Source: Macrostomum lignano (Eukaryota). From it: 64,000 nucleotides of DNA. The first letter of the stretch is position 1. Every line of letters starts with the position of its first letter. The notes beneath the pieces were generated by a model. The model saw only the letters and a program-made list of their open reading frames with translations. It was not told the origin of the DNA and ran no database searches. The DNA is taken from positions 61,257-125,256 of the forward strand of contig NIVC01003015.1 of assembly GCA_002269645.1 (NCBI GenBank), read 5' to 3'. Shown here piece by piece: positions 13,701 through 25,600 of the stretch. Position numbers and translations under genes: made by a program.

Positions 13701-14100
13701 GGTGGTCCGCGTTACCAACCGGGTGGCCCACTGCACCCTGCTGGCCTGCAACCGGGTCAAGCTGCATCCCGGCTTCAAGGCGCAGATTCGCCGAGAGGAT
13801 GTCCGCGCCACCGAGCGCGATCGAGTTGAGTTGGCCGACTGTTTCAGAGCCGGCGACATTGTCCAGGCTCGGGTGCTGACTCTCGGTCAGAACGGAGCCT
13901 ATCTGCTGACCACCGCCCAGAACGAGCTCGGTGTTGTTGTGGCCTCCGGACAGCACGGCAGCAAGCTGGTGCCTGTGAGCTGGAATGAGATGAGATGCCC
14001 GATAACAGGGCAGGTTTACAAGCGTAAGGTGGCCAATGTGCCCGAAGAGTTTGTTAAGGTCTTTATTGAATACGTGTTGAAGCAGGCAGAGTTGATCTAA
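10783..14100 (+). CDS. EXOSC1: Exosome complex component CSL4, 4 exons: 10783-10825, 11893-12059, 12135-12206, 13702-14100 (226 aa)
   Basis: Spliced [22 protein letters not shown]...IHSSLLG...[13 protein letters not shown]...[12 protein letters not shown]...[15 protein letters not shown]...[13 protein letters not shown]...MRCP...RKVA. Canonical GT-AG junctions; total 681 nt in frame. Confidence 0.93.
10905..11830. repeat. 27-bp minisatellite (EXOSC1 intron 1)
   Basis: Unit gaatagatacccactgaagcacagtga. Confidence 0.9.
12295..13630. repeat. Two interrupted (GACA)n arrays (12295-12835, 13188-13630) in EXOSC1 intron 3
   Basis: GACA runs punctuated by cactaaggca; about 350 bp of unique spacer between them. 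Confidence 0.9.
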
Positions 14101-14109
14101 TGGATACCC

Positions 14110-14370
14110 AAACTAAAAATCTTCGCCATAGCAACCAGAACTGTAAATCGTTTCCATAGTAACGGCATCCATGGCAACCAAGATAGAAAATTGTCTCCAA
14201 AGCAAACAGAACAGAATATTTTTCCATAGCAACCAGAACAGTAAATCGTTTCCATAGAAGTCACAACTTAAAATCGCTTCCATGGCAACCAAAACTCAGA
14301 ATCGTCTCCATAGCAACCAAGAATAAAAATTGTCTCCATAGTAACCGCAATTGAAAATCGTCTCCGTAGA
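14110..14370. repeat. Degenerate repeat downstream of the EXOSC1 stop
   Basis: Recurring ccatagcaacca / ccatggcaacca motifs. Confidence 0.6.
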
Positions 14371-14721
14371 ATAAAACCCGCAGCGCTGAATCGCCCCTAA
14401 GCTGTAAAAGCTTATCGGAAAGCAAGTTCAATAAATTAAAAAATCTATTTAATGCCAATCATATACTAACAATAGTAGTATGTTGTATGAGTTCAAGGTA
14501 AATTAGGCCCAGCATTTTTTAAAGAAATTGTTATTGCATTGGAAATCAGCATTTCAATTGTTTATTGTGTATGACTAATAAGTTGCTCGATTTAAGTATA
14601 TGCGGCTTTGGTATCTGATATTTTTAGGCAACGTTGCTGCGTTTGTTTTCTTTATCATTTTTACTTTTTCTTAGACAGATAGCTAATAGTTTGTAAGGAG
14701 AGTAGGCACTTGTTTTTACTA

Positions 14722-15010
14722 GGAGCGGAGCAGCTCAGCGGCGAACGCATCTGACTCTCGCGCCACGGCCCCTGGTTCGATTCCGTTCGTGACCGCATTC
14801 ATTTGGGGCTTGCGTGTGCGCGATAATTGGCCAGGGGGTTGTTGTGCGATTCACAGCCATGAGTTCCAAACAGCACCAAAGGCACAGAGAGTGTACATGG
14901 CTGACAGAATTGGAAATTCAGGACCGCTGTACACCCTGTGTGAGCGAATGCATGAGTGCGTGCCTGCCTACAGTATTGGCGCGCTTGTATTTACTACCAT
15001 ATTATTATTA
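14722..15010 (+). mobile_element. tRNA-derived SINE, family A, copy 1
   Basis: A-box-like cagctcagcgg and B box ggttcgattcc. The body is shared with copies at 22.5, 25.6, 46.5 and 60.5 kb. Confidence 0.8.
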
Positions 15011-15134
15011 TATTTAAAATTTCCGGATGAATTTCCTATAACTTGTGCCAAATTGTACTTATTAATCGCTGAAGTCTGATAGTCCGTGGGTTTCTGTTGT
15101 AATATTTAGCGAACTTCTTGTTTAATTGCTCACA

Positions 15135-15960
15135 AATTTTCCTTAAAATTGCATGCAAATTTCACATAGAATCGTTCACAAATTTCACATAGAATCGCTC
15201 ACAAATGTTCCTTAAAATCACATACAAATTTCACATAGAATCGTTCACAAATTTCACATAGAATCGTTCACAATTTTCGCATAGAATCATTCACAATTTC
15301 ACATAGAATCGTTCACAAATGTCACATAGAATCGTTCACAAGTTTCACATAGAATAATTCACAAATTTCACATAGAATTGTTCACAAATTTCACACAGAA
15401 TCGCTCAAAAATTTTCCTTAAAATCGCATACAAATATCACATAGAATCTTTCACAAATTTTCATTAAAATCGCATACAAATATCACATAGAATCACTCAC
15501 AAATTTTCATTAAAATCGCATACAAATTTCACATAGAATCACTCACAAATTTTCATTAAAATCGCATACAAATTTCACATAGAATCACTCACAAATTTTC
15601 ATTAAAATCGCATACAAATTTCAGATAGAATAGTTCACAAATTTTCATTAAAATCGCATACAAATTTCAGATAGAATAGTTCACAAATTTTACTTAAAAT
15701 CGGTTACAAATTTCACATAGAATCGTTCCAAATTTTCCTTAAAATCGCTTACAAATATCACAGAATCGTTCACAAATTTCATAAAGAATCGCTCACAAAT
15801 TTCTCATAGGATCGCTCACAAATGTCACATAGAATCGCTCACAAATATCCCTTGAAATCGCTCACAAATTTCCCGAAGAATGACTATCAAATTTCCCATA
15901 GTCGCTCACAAGTGTCTCCTAGAATCTAGAATGCCCTAAAATCGCTCACAGATTTCCCAT
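15135..15960. repeat. ~23-bp AT-rich minisatellite
   Basis: Unit aaatttcacatagaatcgttcac, alternating with a ttaaaatcgcatac variant. Confidence 0.9.
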
Positions 15961-16309
15961 GGCTCACTTAGTTTCCGAAGAATTTCCTGGAGAAGGTTGC
16001 CACTAAAGAACTCTAAAACCGGTTAAAGACCCATGCAGAAAAGTTCAAAGAGTTCAGCAGTAGAAATGCATTAAGTTTTATATTCTTCCGCCCGTTAATT
16101 CCAAATGACTTCGGAAAGTGAAGGAGTCCAACGAACTTTACATTAACTGCTTATAATGAGTGCTCTTTTCACACTAAGAAGAGCAATTTCCAATTCCTAC
16201 TGGGTAGAAGAAACGAATTGAATTGATTTATCTAGTCTGTTTGGTCATTCTTTGGAGTTTGTAGCGTAAATTAATACCCTCTTTTTACGGCTAGAGCTTC
16301 GGCTTGTTG

Positions 16310-17072
16310 AATAAATATAGCTTTTTGCAGCCCATTTGGGCTTACGCGCATCGAATTTAATCCAAGATAGGTTTGTCAAAGTAATGGAGCTTTTGTCTAT
16401 GGTAGCAAGGCTGGCACAGCGGCATTTAATTTGGTCCAACAAGCATCAGTTTGATCCATTTAGTTCATTTGCAGCTCGGTCCCAGAATTGTGGACCATAT
16501 GCTAGGCTATTGAACGAATGTCATTGGCTTGTGATCGAAGCACTCGACGCAGGTGAACACCCAAAGGACATTGCAAGGTTGCTGAATGTAAAAGAAAAGG
16601 TGGTTTACAGCATCCAGCAGCGCGTTGAAACTCTGCCGGCAGAGATTGCCTGCGAAAGGGTGGCAATCGCCAAGGAAAGTTGCTCGAGAGCCTCAGGTCC
16701 AACTGCTACTCGATGCAGTGGAGACGAACCCTTTGTTGACGTTTCAGAAAATGCAGCAGAAGTTGAGGGAACAGCTCCAGTTGGTTATCAGATTTCGACT
16801 ATCAGCAGAGCTCTGGAAAAGCAACTGAAAATTTTTGGTAGAGACGCTGACATTCCAGCGGTGTGCAACAACCTGCAGACGGTTGAGAGAAGGCAAGAGT
16901 TTGTCCAATGGCTCACGAGTGTTTGGACCAAATTGATGCTTTTTGGACCAAATTAAATGCCGCTGCGCCAGCCTTGCTACCATAGACAAAAGCTCTGTTA
17001 CATTGGCAAACGTATCTTGGATTAAATTAAATGCGCGTAAGCCCAAATGGGCTGCAAAATGCTATATTTATT
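16310..17072 (+). mobile_element. Non-autonomous Tc1/IS630-like element with ~150-bp TIRs and a frameshifted transposase DNA-binding remnant
   Basis: 16310-~16458 is the reverse complement of ~16921-17072. Internal frames read LVIEALDAGEHPKDIARLLNV (HTH), SPRKV...AVETNPLLT and STISRAL. No DDE domain. Confidence 0.75.
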
Positions 17073-17583
17073 GAAGTATTGATTGAGTATCGATTAATTA
17101 AGCCGCTTTCACCAGCTGGAAGATTATTTTTTTTGGTCGCGTTTCGTCTCAAACTCTAATCTCAGCTTAAAACAGAGTATTCAGGAAGGCTGAGTCGTGG
17201 CCAACCAGGATTCTTTCTGGGGTGGATTTGGGAAAACGAAGAAGCAAAATAATCCTCTTACTGTGTAGTGTCCTTGCACAGATCTTGCAGAGCCTTATTC
17301 TCTTCCCTCGCCTTATAGCAGCAGAGATTCTGTTTTTGTTCTGGCAGTGCGATTTCAGTTTCTGTATATAAATTTATACACATAAAATACACCGCGTTAG
17401 CGTTGTCATAAATTTTCTGTTTGCTACTCACCGGAAGGGGCGGACAAAATAAAATATAAAAAAAAAACTCTTGACGAAGGCCTGGCCTAGGGAGAGAAAG
17501 TGAGTAAGAAGGAACAGCATTTGACACACACAAAGAAGAAGCACATTCGAGAGTCTAATAGTGGCAAGGTTTCATCGGTGCGG

Positions 17584-18210
17584 ATGGGCGGCAGTCAGTC
17601 CTGGCTAAGCTGCGACGCCACTTATCCAGAGTCGGACGGTGCGCCGTACACAGCCGAGCTGGAGAGCGGCGATCCAATCATAGCAGTGTTTATGCTGCTA
17701 GGCACCCTGGCTGGCCTGCTGTTGCTAACTGTTATAACTCACTGCGGCGTCATCGCCTGTCGGGCCTGTAGAAGTCGGCATCGAAAGCGTCGGCATCGTA
17801 AAACCACCCAGCATCAGTTTGGTGCAGCCTCCGCCGGCTCCACGGTTGGTCATTCAAATCCATCGGTTCTTGTCACTGTTGAGCATGCTTCAACTGGCGC
17901 CTCGTCCTTTGCTGCCGCCACCGACGTTGACGGCGACGAAGTTGTTGACGAAGGCGACGAGGACGGCGATGAGAGCGACTCTTCGTCTATGGCGACATCG
18001 TCTGACACGTCGATTGACAGCACAACGGCTAGGATTGCCGCTCGTTTGGCGGCGCAACGTCGACGTAGTCGATTTTTAGAACTGCGCGTCGGATCGCCGG
18101 CCTTGTCGGCGGCGGCGTCGGTAGCTTCTGCTTCCCCCGCGCCTGGCGGTGGATCGCCTGTTGCTGGCGCTGTCCGAGGCGGGTTCGATAATCCGGCCTT
18201 CAATAATTGA
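17584..18210 (+). CDS. Orphan single-pass membrane protein (208 aa)
   Basis: ATG at 17584. One hydrophobic helix (IIAVFMLLGTLAGLLLLTVI), then Cys residues and a basic cluster, an acidic/Ser tract and C-terminal GFDNPAF. GC-rich exon-like composition. Possible 5'UTR intron 17500-17560. Confidence 0.65.
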   Translation: MGGSQSWLSCDATYPESDGAPYTAELESGDPIIAVFMLLGTLAGLLLLTVITHCGVIACRACRSRHRKRRHRKTTQHQFGAASAGSTVGHSNPSVLVTVEHASTGASSFAAATDVDGDEVVDEGDEDGDESDSSSMATSSDTSIDSTTARIAARLAAQRRRSRFLELRVGSPALSAAASVASASPAPGGGSPVAGAVRGGFDNPAFNN

Positions 18211-19060
18211 ATGGTTGCCTTTTTTCTTCTAACTATTTGTTGTGGTAAATGGCTTTCAAGGTGGACAAGAACAGTAATTTAAGTGTGTACTCTGTGGCTG
18301 AGATAAAACAGTTTTATAGACCATGCTCTTTACAAGGGTCCAGCCGAGCTTGGATTTTTGACTTGTGTAATTATAGCTCGTAGATTCTAAAAATATAAGT
18401 AGTATTATACAAATGTCTCCGCCCCCCCCTGCGACGCCACTTACTGGCAAACTGAAGCTAGTTGAGGTCGGTTGGCATTGTAATATTATTGAAAGAAAAT
18501 TCGAAACAAATTGTCATGCTTCTCGAGTCATTTCATCATCGATTCATTCTCGATTTTTTAAACATTTCTAACACAGTTTTTCTTGCAACTAATCAAACTA
18601 CCACTTTATACTCGAAAATGATTAATTTTACATGTAAGTCCGAAAACTCCAATCAAATATAGTCGTCAGAAATCTCAGATTCAGTTGGACTCTACTTTAT
18701 ACTACTTATCTATAGTTGCTAAGTAGTCCGATCCCTATGGTCCGATCCCTATATGACTATCCCTATCCCTACTTTATGGACTCTACTGACCCCTGGGCCT
18801 GGAAGAGCAGTATAATTCAAGTCAAACAGATTTTGTTTCCTGTGCGTGCGTAAACCCTCTTCCTCGAGATTACTGACGACGCGTTTGCGAAATCGAATCT
18901 GTTCGGCTGGAAATTGGGTGCGACCTTAAAGTATTCTTAGTAAGATGATTTTTTGTCTATGGCCAAAACCCATTATGAATCTGACGTATCATAACAAAAT
19001 CTGTTAGCTAATCTGAATCGAATATTCATTTCATTCTAAGACACTGTCAATCATTCTCAA

Positions 19061-19265
19061 TCCATGAGCAAGACACTTAACTCTGCATTGCTTCAGTTCA
19101 CCCAGCTGTAAAATGGGTGCCAGCATTAGCTGGGGTAATTGAGGCTGTGTGTGGCGACCCCCCAGTCCTTGGACTGAACAGCCGTACGCAGCCTTCAGAT
19201 GCGCCGCGCAATAGCTGCGGCTGAGCTGTCGGTTGCTGCCCTATTAGGGCAGGTGTAATAAATTA
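19061..19265 (+). mobile_element. 5'-truncated CORE-SINE-like fragment
   Basis: tgagcaagacacttaac...cagttcacccagctgtaaaatggg aligns ungapped to the MIR/CORE core as I recall it (about 39/54 by eye). Confidence 0.65.
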
Positions 19266-19632
19266 TTGCTATTATACATGTATATTATCTGTGCTCTGCT
19301 ATTGAGCAATTACAAGTTAAGCTGAGTTGGCCGCGGTTAGTATGCAGTTGAATAGGCTTCTTGCGGTAGGTACCCCACAGGGCAGCTTACCGTGAGCTGG
19401 TGGCAAATTAAGCTGAACTCTCTATAGTTAACCCTGATGTAATTGCGTAGCGATCAGGGTCCTAGAGGGTCCTAGAGATCAGGGTGTAAGAGTGCCAATC
19501 TAATGACATTCATTATGTCAATGTTCTCTTCAGCTTAATAAAAGCAAAACTCGTTCGTCAAGAAAGAGACAGAGAAAGATTAGCAGAGTAAATTGAGCGC
19601 GGCAAAGAAGAACTCACGCAGAAGAAGATCGA

Positions 19633-22600
19633 ATGCTTCAGTCGGGGCCGCTGCATTCAACGCATGGCGCTGCCACCTCGTCAGGCAAAGCGGCTGCGGC
19701 AGCCGCCGAGTCCGCCGATGTTGACCAGCCCGAGGATGCCCAGTCGGTGTCGCTGGTCACTTTATTGGCCCTGTCAAAGTTTCAAACTACCGAATCGGCT
19801 TTCGGTGGTAGGTTTCAGCAGCAGCAAGAGCAGCAGCAGCAGCAAAAGCAAATGCCAATGTCCGCTGTTGACCTTGACAACAGTTTGCTACGGCGTAGAT
19901 TAGCCGAGTCTCGCGAAGAGAATACCGAACTAGTTCGTCAGAATCATCAACTATTGACTAATTTGGAAAAGCTATCGTGGGAATTGTCGCGACTGCAGTC
20001 TCGAATGCGGAAACTCGATTTGGAGGCTAAGCAGGCTGGCTCTGCCAATGGCGTAGAGACTTACAAGGTTCGTGCGAGTGATAGTCTGTAGGGATGGAGG
20101 TTGAGAGTCTGTAGGGATGGAGGTTGAGAGTCTGTAGGGATGGAGGTTGAGAGTCTGTAGGAATGGAGGTTGAGAGTCTGTAGGGATGGAGGTTGAGAGT
20201 CTGTAGGGATGGAGGTTGAGAGTCTGTAGGGATGGAGGTTGAGAGTCTGTAGGAATGGAGGTTGAGAGTCTGTAGGGATGGAGGTTGAGAGTCTGTAGGG
20301 ATGGAGGTTGAGAGTCTGTAGGGATGGAGGTTGAGAGTCTGTAGGGATGGAGGTTGAGAGTCTGTAGGGATGGAGGTTGAGGGTCTGTAGGGATGGCGTT
20401 CGAGGGCCTGTAGGGATGGAAGTTGAGAGTCTGTAGAGACAGTTAAGAGTCTGTAGGGACGGAAGTTGAGAGTCTGTAGACAGTTGATAGTCTGTAGGGA
20501 CAGTTGAGAGTCTGTAGAGACAGTTGAGAGTCTGTAGGGACAGTTGAGAGTCTGTAGAGACAGTTGAGAGTCTGTAGGGACAGTTGAGAGTCTGTAGGGA
20601 TAGTTGAGAGTCTGTAGGGACAGTTGAGAGTCTGTAGGGACAGTTAAGAGTCTGTAGGGACAGTTGAGAGTCTGTAGGGACAGTTGAGAGTCTGTAGGGA
20701 CAGTTGAGAGTCTGTAGGGATAGTTGAGAGTCTGTAGGGATAGTTGAGAGTCTGTAGGGATAGTTGAGAGTCTGTAGGGACAGTTGAGAGTCTGTAGGGA
20801 TAGTTGAGAGTCTGTAGGGATAGTTGAGAGTCTGTAGGGACAGTTGAGAGTCTGTAGGGACAGTTGAGAGTCTGTAGGGACAGTTGAGAGTCTGTAGGGA
20901 CAGTTGAGAGTCTGTAGGGACGGGCTCTAAGAGACTATTGACAGATTTGACGGAGCAACGGACTATAGCAAACGATTCCTTCCCTAAACACCACCACTCA
21001 GGAGCAGCTGGACGAGCTGGAATGCCAAAACCGGAAGTTGAACCGCCAGCTAGATCAGACGGAGTCCGAATGGCGCGCCAAGCTTCAGCAGAGTCTGGAC
21101 GCCGCCGAGACGCTTCGCGTTGAAGCCCGCGAGCTTAGACTGAAAGCGGACCAATCTGACTGCGAACTGCGCATACTGCGAGATGAAGCCGACGCTACAG
21201 CTAAGGACCTGACGGAGCTGGCTGAGCTGCGGGCCCAGGTTTGTCCATTCATACAGTACGGGCTATATAAATATCTAATAGGGGGTTTTTATTCAGTCTA
21301 GCAATCCATTTCCCTAGGAAAGAACAAAGTGATTGATTTTCAGATGGGTTCCAGAATAAACCATATAAACTTTTTGGGATGGGAGGCTGGCCCAGCAACT
21401 GAGGATCTGGGAGGCTGGCCCAGCAACTGAGGATCTGGGAGGCTGGCCCAGCAACTGAGGATGTGGGAGGCTGGCCCAGCAACTGAGGATGTGGGAGGCT
21501 GGCCCAGCAACTGAGGATCTGGGAGGCTGGCCCAGCAACTGAGGATCTGGGAGGCTGGCCCAGCAACTGAGGATGTGGGAGGCTGGCCCAGCAACTGAGG
21601 ATGTGGGAGGCTGGCCCAGCAACTGAGGATGTGGGAGGCTGGCCCAGCAACTGAGGATGTGGGAGGCTGGCCCAGCAACTGAGGATCTGGGAGGCTGGCC
21701 CAGCAACTGAGGATCTGGGAGGCTGGCCCAGCAACTGAGGATCTGGGAGGCTGGCCCAGCAACTGAGGATCTGGGAGGCTGGCCCAGCAACTGAGGATCT
21801 GGGAGACTGGCCCAGCAACTGAGGATCTGGGAGGCTGGCCCAGCAACTGAAGATCTCAAGAAAGAGATCATCACAGTCGCACTAATCCCACCTCAGGTGG
21901 CGCACCTGAAGGAGCAGCTGTCGGGCAGAGACGCCGGCCGACAGGAGCTCGAGTCTCGCGTCTCGGGTCACGTCGCTGAGCAGGTCCGCCTGCGCCAGGC
22001 GCTCAGCCGCTCCGAAGCCACCGTCGGCCAGTTGCAGAGGCGCATCGGCGAGCTGGAGCGCCAGCTGGTGTCGGGCGACGCTGAGCGCACCGAGCTGGAG
22101 CGCCGCCTGGCGGAGGCGGCGGAGCTGCGCCAATCAGCCGACCGGCTGGCCGCTGAGCAAGCCAATTGCGTTCAACGCGAGACGCGCCGCGCCGACGAAG
22201 AGGTGGCGAAGCGGCTGGCGGTGGAGAAGCGATTGGAGGAGGCGCTGGCCAGCGACCAGTGCCGCGACCGCTACGAGGCCGAGGCCGGCCGGATGCGCGA
22301 CAAAGTCGACCGATTGAAGGCTCGCCTGGCCGAGCTGACCGCGGCCGGTGAACGGTCGGCCCAGGCGGCCGAGGCTGCTCGAGGTCGCGTCGAGTCCGAA
22401 CTGGGAGCCGCCGAGGGCCGATTAGCGGCTAAGGATGCTCGGATTGCCGAGCTGGAGGCTCAGGTAGGACGTTTGATGAGGTGAAACCGGCAAAGTGGAA
22501 TAACGAATTTTTAAGGCTACGGGCACCCTGGCGCAACGCCTTCGGCGACATCGTCCCGCACTCAACGCTGACGGCAATCCTGCTCATTCCGCTGACGCAG

Positions 22601-25600
22601 GAACGCACTCGCACACATGCTCACACAGGGTGTACAGCGGCCCTTGTGACTTTCTAATCGTCAGGCATGTACACTGACGTAGGGTCACTTTCTGATACAG
22701 GCGAATTTGTCTATGGCGAAACCCCATTCAGCGCTATGCGTCCTTCTACGCGTCCTTCAACTTCAGGTTGTCCATGCGTCTGGAAGCAAATCCAGAGCTA
22801 CAAGTTTCACATTACTTACATCTAGGATCATACGCTCGTAAATTTCTTTGTTTTCATGTTTTACTACAGTGTGTTTATAGTGTTAAATTGGTAGAACTTT
22901 CTGTGTAGAACGCATTTACATGCCTCAACCCAAACCATCTGAAAATTTTCTAATTTCAAAACTAAAAAAACTCGCTACTTGCCTACTCTATTAAGTAGTG
23001 TAGTTAGCGTTTTGTAATCGAAGGCGACTATATAATATTTGTCAGGTCGCATCTTCTTCCGCATTGGCCGACCAGCTGCGCCTGTGCGAGCGCCGATTGA
23101 AACGACGCGACACCGATTTAAAGCGCGCCTCGGCCAGCGTTGCTAAGGGCGACCAGCTGTTGGCTACGGCCGAAAATAAAATTGCTAAACTGCAGGCCGA
23201 GCTGGATGAGACGGCCAAGCTGGCTAGCCAGCGAGCTGACATGCTGGAGGCTGCGGAGGCTGCGGCTGAAGCGGTGAAGACTGAATTGCAGGTTAGTAAA
23301 GACTTAAGAGAAATTTATTTGATTGATAACTTTCATCGATTTTCCGCTGGTTTAATCGGAATCTTGAAAAAAATTTTGGATTAACGATTGTTATGCTGGA
23401 TTATCGATTCATCTATCGGATTATCGATTCTTCGAGCGGCTTGTTAATCCTTCTACCGGATCGTTAATCCCTTTTACCGGATCATTAATCCCTTCTACCG
23501 GATCTTTAATCCCTTCTTATTGGATTGTTAATCCCTTCTACCGGATCGTTAATCCCTTTTTACCGGATCTTTAATCCCTTTTTATTGGATTGTTATTCCC
23601 TTCTACCGGATCGTTAATCCCTTTTTACCGGATCTTTAATCCCTTCTTATTGGATTGTTAATCCCTTCTACCGGATCGTTAATCCCTTTTTACCGGATCT
23701 TTAATCCCTTCTTATTGGATTGTTAATCCCTTCTACCGGATCGTTAATCCCTTTTTATCGGATCTTTAATCCCTTCTTATTGGATTGTTAATACCTTCTA
23801 CCGGATCGTTAATCCCTTTTTACCGGATCTTTAATCCCTTTTTATTGGATTGTTAATACCTTCTACCGGATCGTTAATCCCTTTTTACCGGATCTTTAAT
23901 CCCTTTTTATTGGATTGTTATTCCCTTCTACCGGATCGTTAATCCCTTTTTACCGGATCTTTAATCCCTTCTTATTGGATTGTTAATACCTTCTACCGGA
24001 TCGTTAATCCCTTTTTACCGGATCTTTAATCCCTTCTTATTGGATTGTTAATCCCTTCTACCGGATCGTTAATCCCTTTTTATCGGATCTTTAATCCCTT
24101 CTTATTGGATTGTTAATACCTTCTACCGGATCGTTAATCCCTTTTTACCGGATCTTTAAATAATCCCTTCTTATTGGATTGTTAATCCCTTCTACCGGAT
24201 CGTTAATCCCTTTTTACCGGATCTTTAATCCCTTCTACCGGTTCGTTAATCCCTTTTACCAAATTCTACCGGGTTTTTAATTCCTCCCAGATTTTTAATC
24301 TCTCTTACTTACTGAATTAACAACCCTTCCTTCGGCTTAACTCCCATCTTCGTATTCCCAAATCCTCCACAGTCGGTCAGAGCGGCCGCGGCTGACGCTG
24401 ACCGCCGCCTAGCCGAGCTGGGCCGCGAGAACCGCGACCTTGGCCAGGCAGCCCGGACAGCCGAACGGAAATCGGCCGCCATCGAGGCCGAGCTTGGCCG
24501 GCTAGGCGAGGCGAGCCAGGCAGCCATGGCCGAGCTGGAATCCCGGGCCGACGCAGCCACCGGACGCGTGACAGAATTGGAGGAGGCGCTGACCGCCTGC
24601 CTGGCCGAGACAGCCAATTTGAAAGCAATTCACGACCGGACTGTCAGTCAGTTGGCCGATCGGGGCACCAAGTTGGCCGAGGCGGAGGCGGCTTTGAAGC
24701 AGGTGGGCTGCTAATCTGTCTATTGTTCTGTAGAAGTTCTATTGTACCTTCTAAGAAGCATAGCTGAGAGAGAACGGGTATAGGGTTCTCTGAGTCTATT
24801 GTCGGAGAGTGCTCTGAGTCTAGTGTCGGAGGGTTCTCTGAGTCTAGTGTCGGAGAGTTCTCTGAGTCTAGTGTCGGAGAGTTCTCTGAGTCTAGTGTCG
24901 GAAAGTGCTCTGAGTCTAGTGTCGGAGAGTTCTCTGAGTCTAGTGTCGGAGAGTGCTGTGAGTCTAGTGTCGGAGAGTGCTCTGAGTCTAGTGTCGGAGA
25001 GTTCTCTGAGTCTAGTGTCGGAGAGTGCTGTGAGTCTAGTGTCGGAGAGTGCTCTGAGTCTAGTGTCGGAGAGTGCTCTAAGTCTAGTGTCGGAGAGTGC
25101 TCTAAGTCTAGTGTCGGAGAGTTCTCTGAGTCTAGTGTCGGAGAGTTCTCTGAGTCTAGTGTCGGAGAGTTCTCTGAGTCTAGTGTCGGAGAGTGCTGTG
25201 AGTCTAGTGTCGGAGAGTGTGCTCTGAGTCTAGTGTCGGAGAGTTCTCTGAGTCTAGTGTCGGAGAGTTCTCTGAGTCTAGTGTCGGAGAGTTCTCTGAG
25301 TCTATTGTCGGAGAGTTCTCTGAGTCTAGTGTCGGAGAGTGCTGTGAGTCTAGTGTCGGAGAGTTCTCTGAGTCTAGTGTCGGAGAGTTCTCTGAGTCTA
25401 GTGTCGGAGAGTGCTGTGAGTCTAGTGTCGGAGAGTGCTCTGAGTCTAGTGTCGGAGAGTTCTCTGAGTCTAGTGTCGGAGAGTTCTCTGAGTCTAATGT
25501 CGGAGAGTGCTCTGAGTCTAGTGTCGGAGAGTGCTCTGAGTCTAGTGTCGGAGAGTGCTCTGAGTCTAGTGTCGGAGAGTGCTCTGAGTCTAGTGTCGGA

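Noticed and set aside
14722-14790. tRNA genes at 14.7 kb and 60.5 kb
   Set aside because: A/B boxes are present but there is no acceptor-stem closure, and both continue into a shared repeat body; they are SINE heads.
17190-17345. Small minus-strand spliced ORF (NKNRISAAIRRGKRIRLCKICARTLH/KESWLATTQPS)
   Set aside because: Plausible splice sites, but no start, no homology, and AT-rich context.
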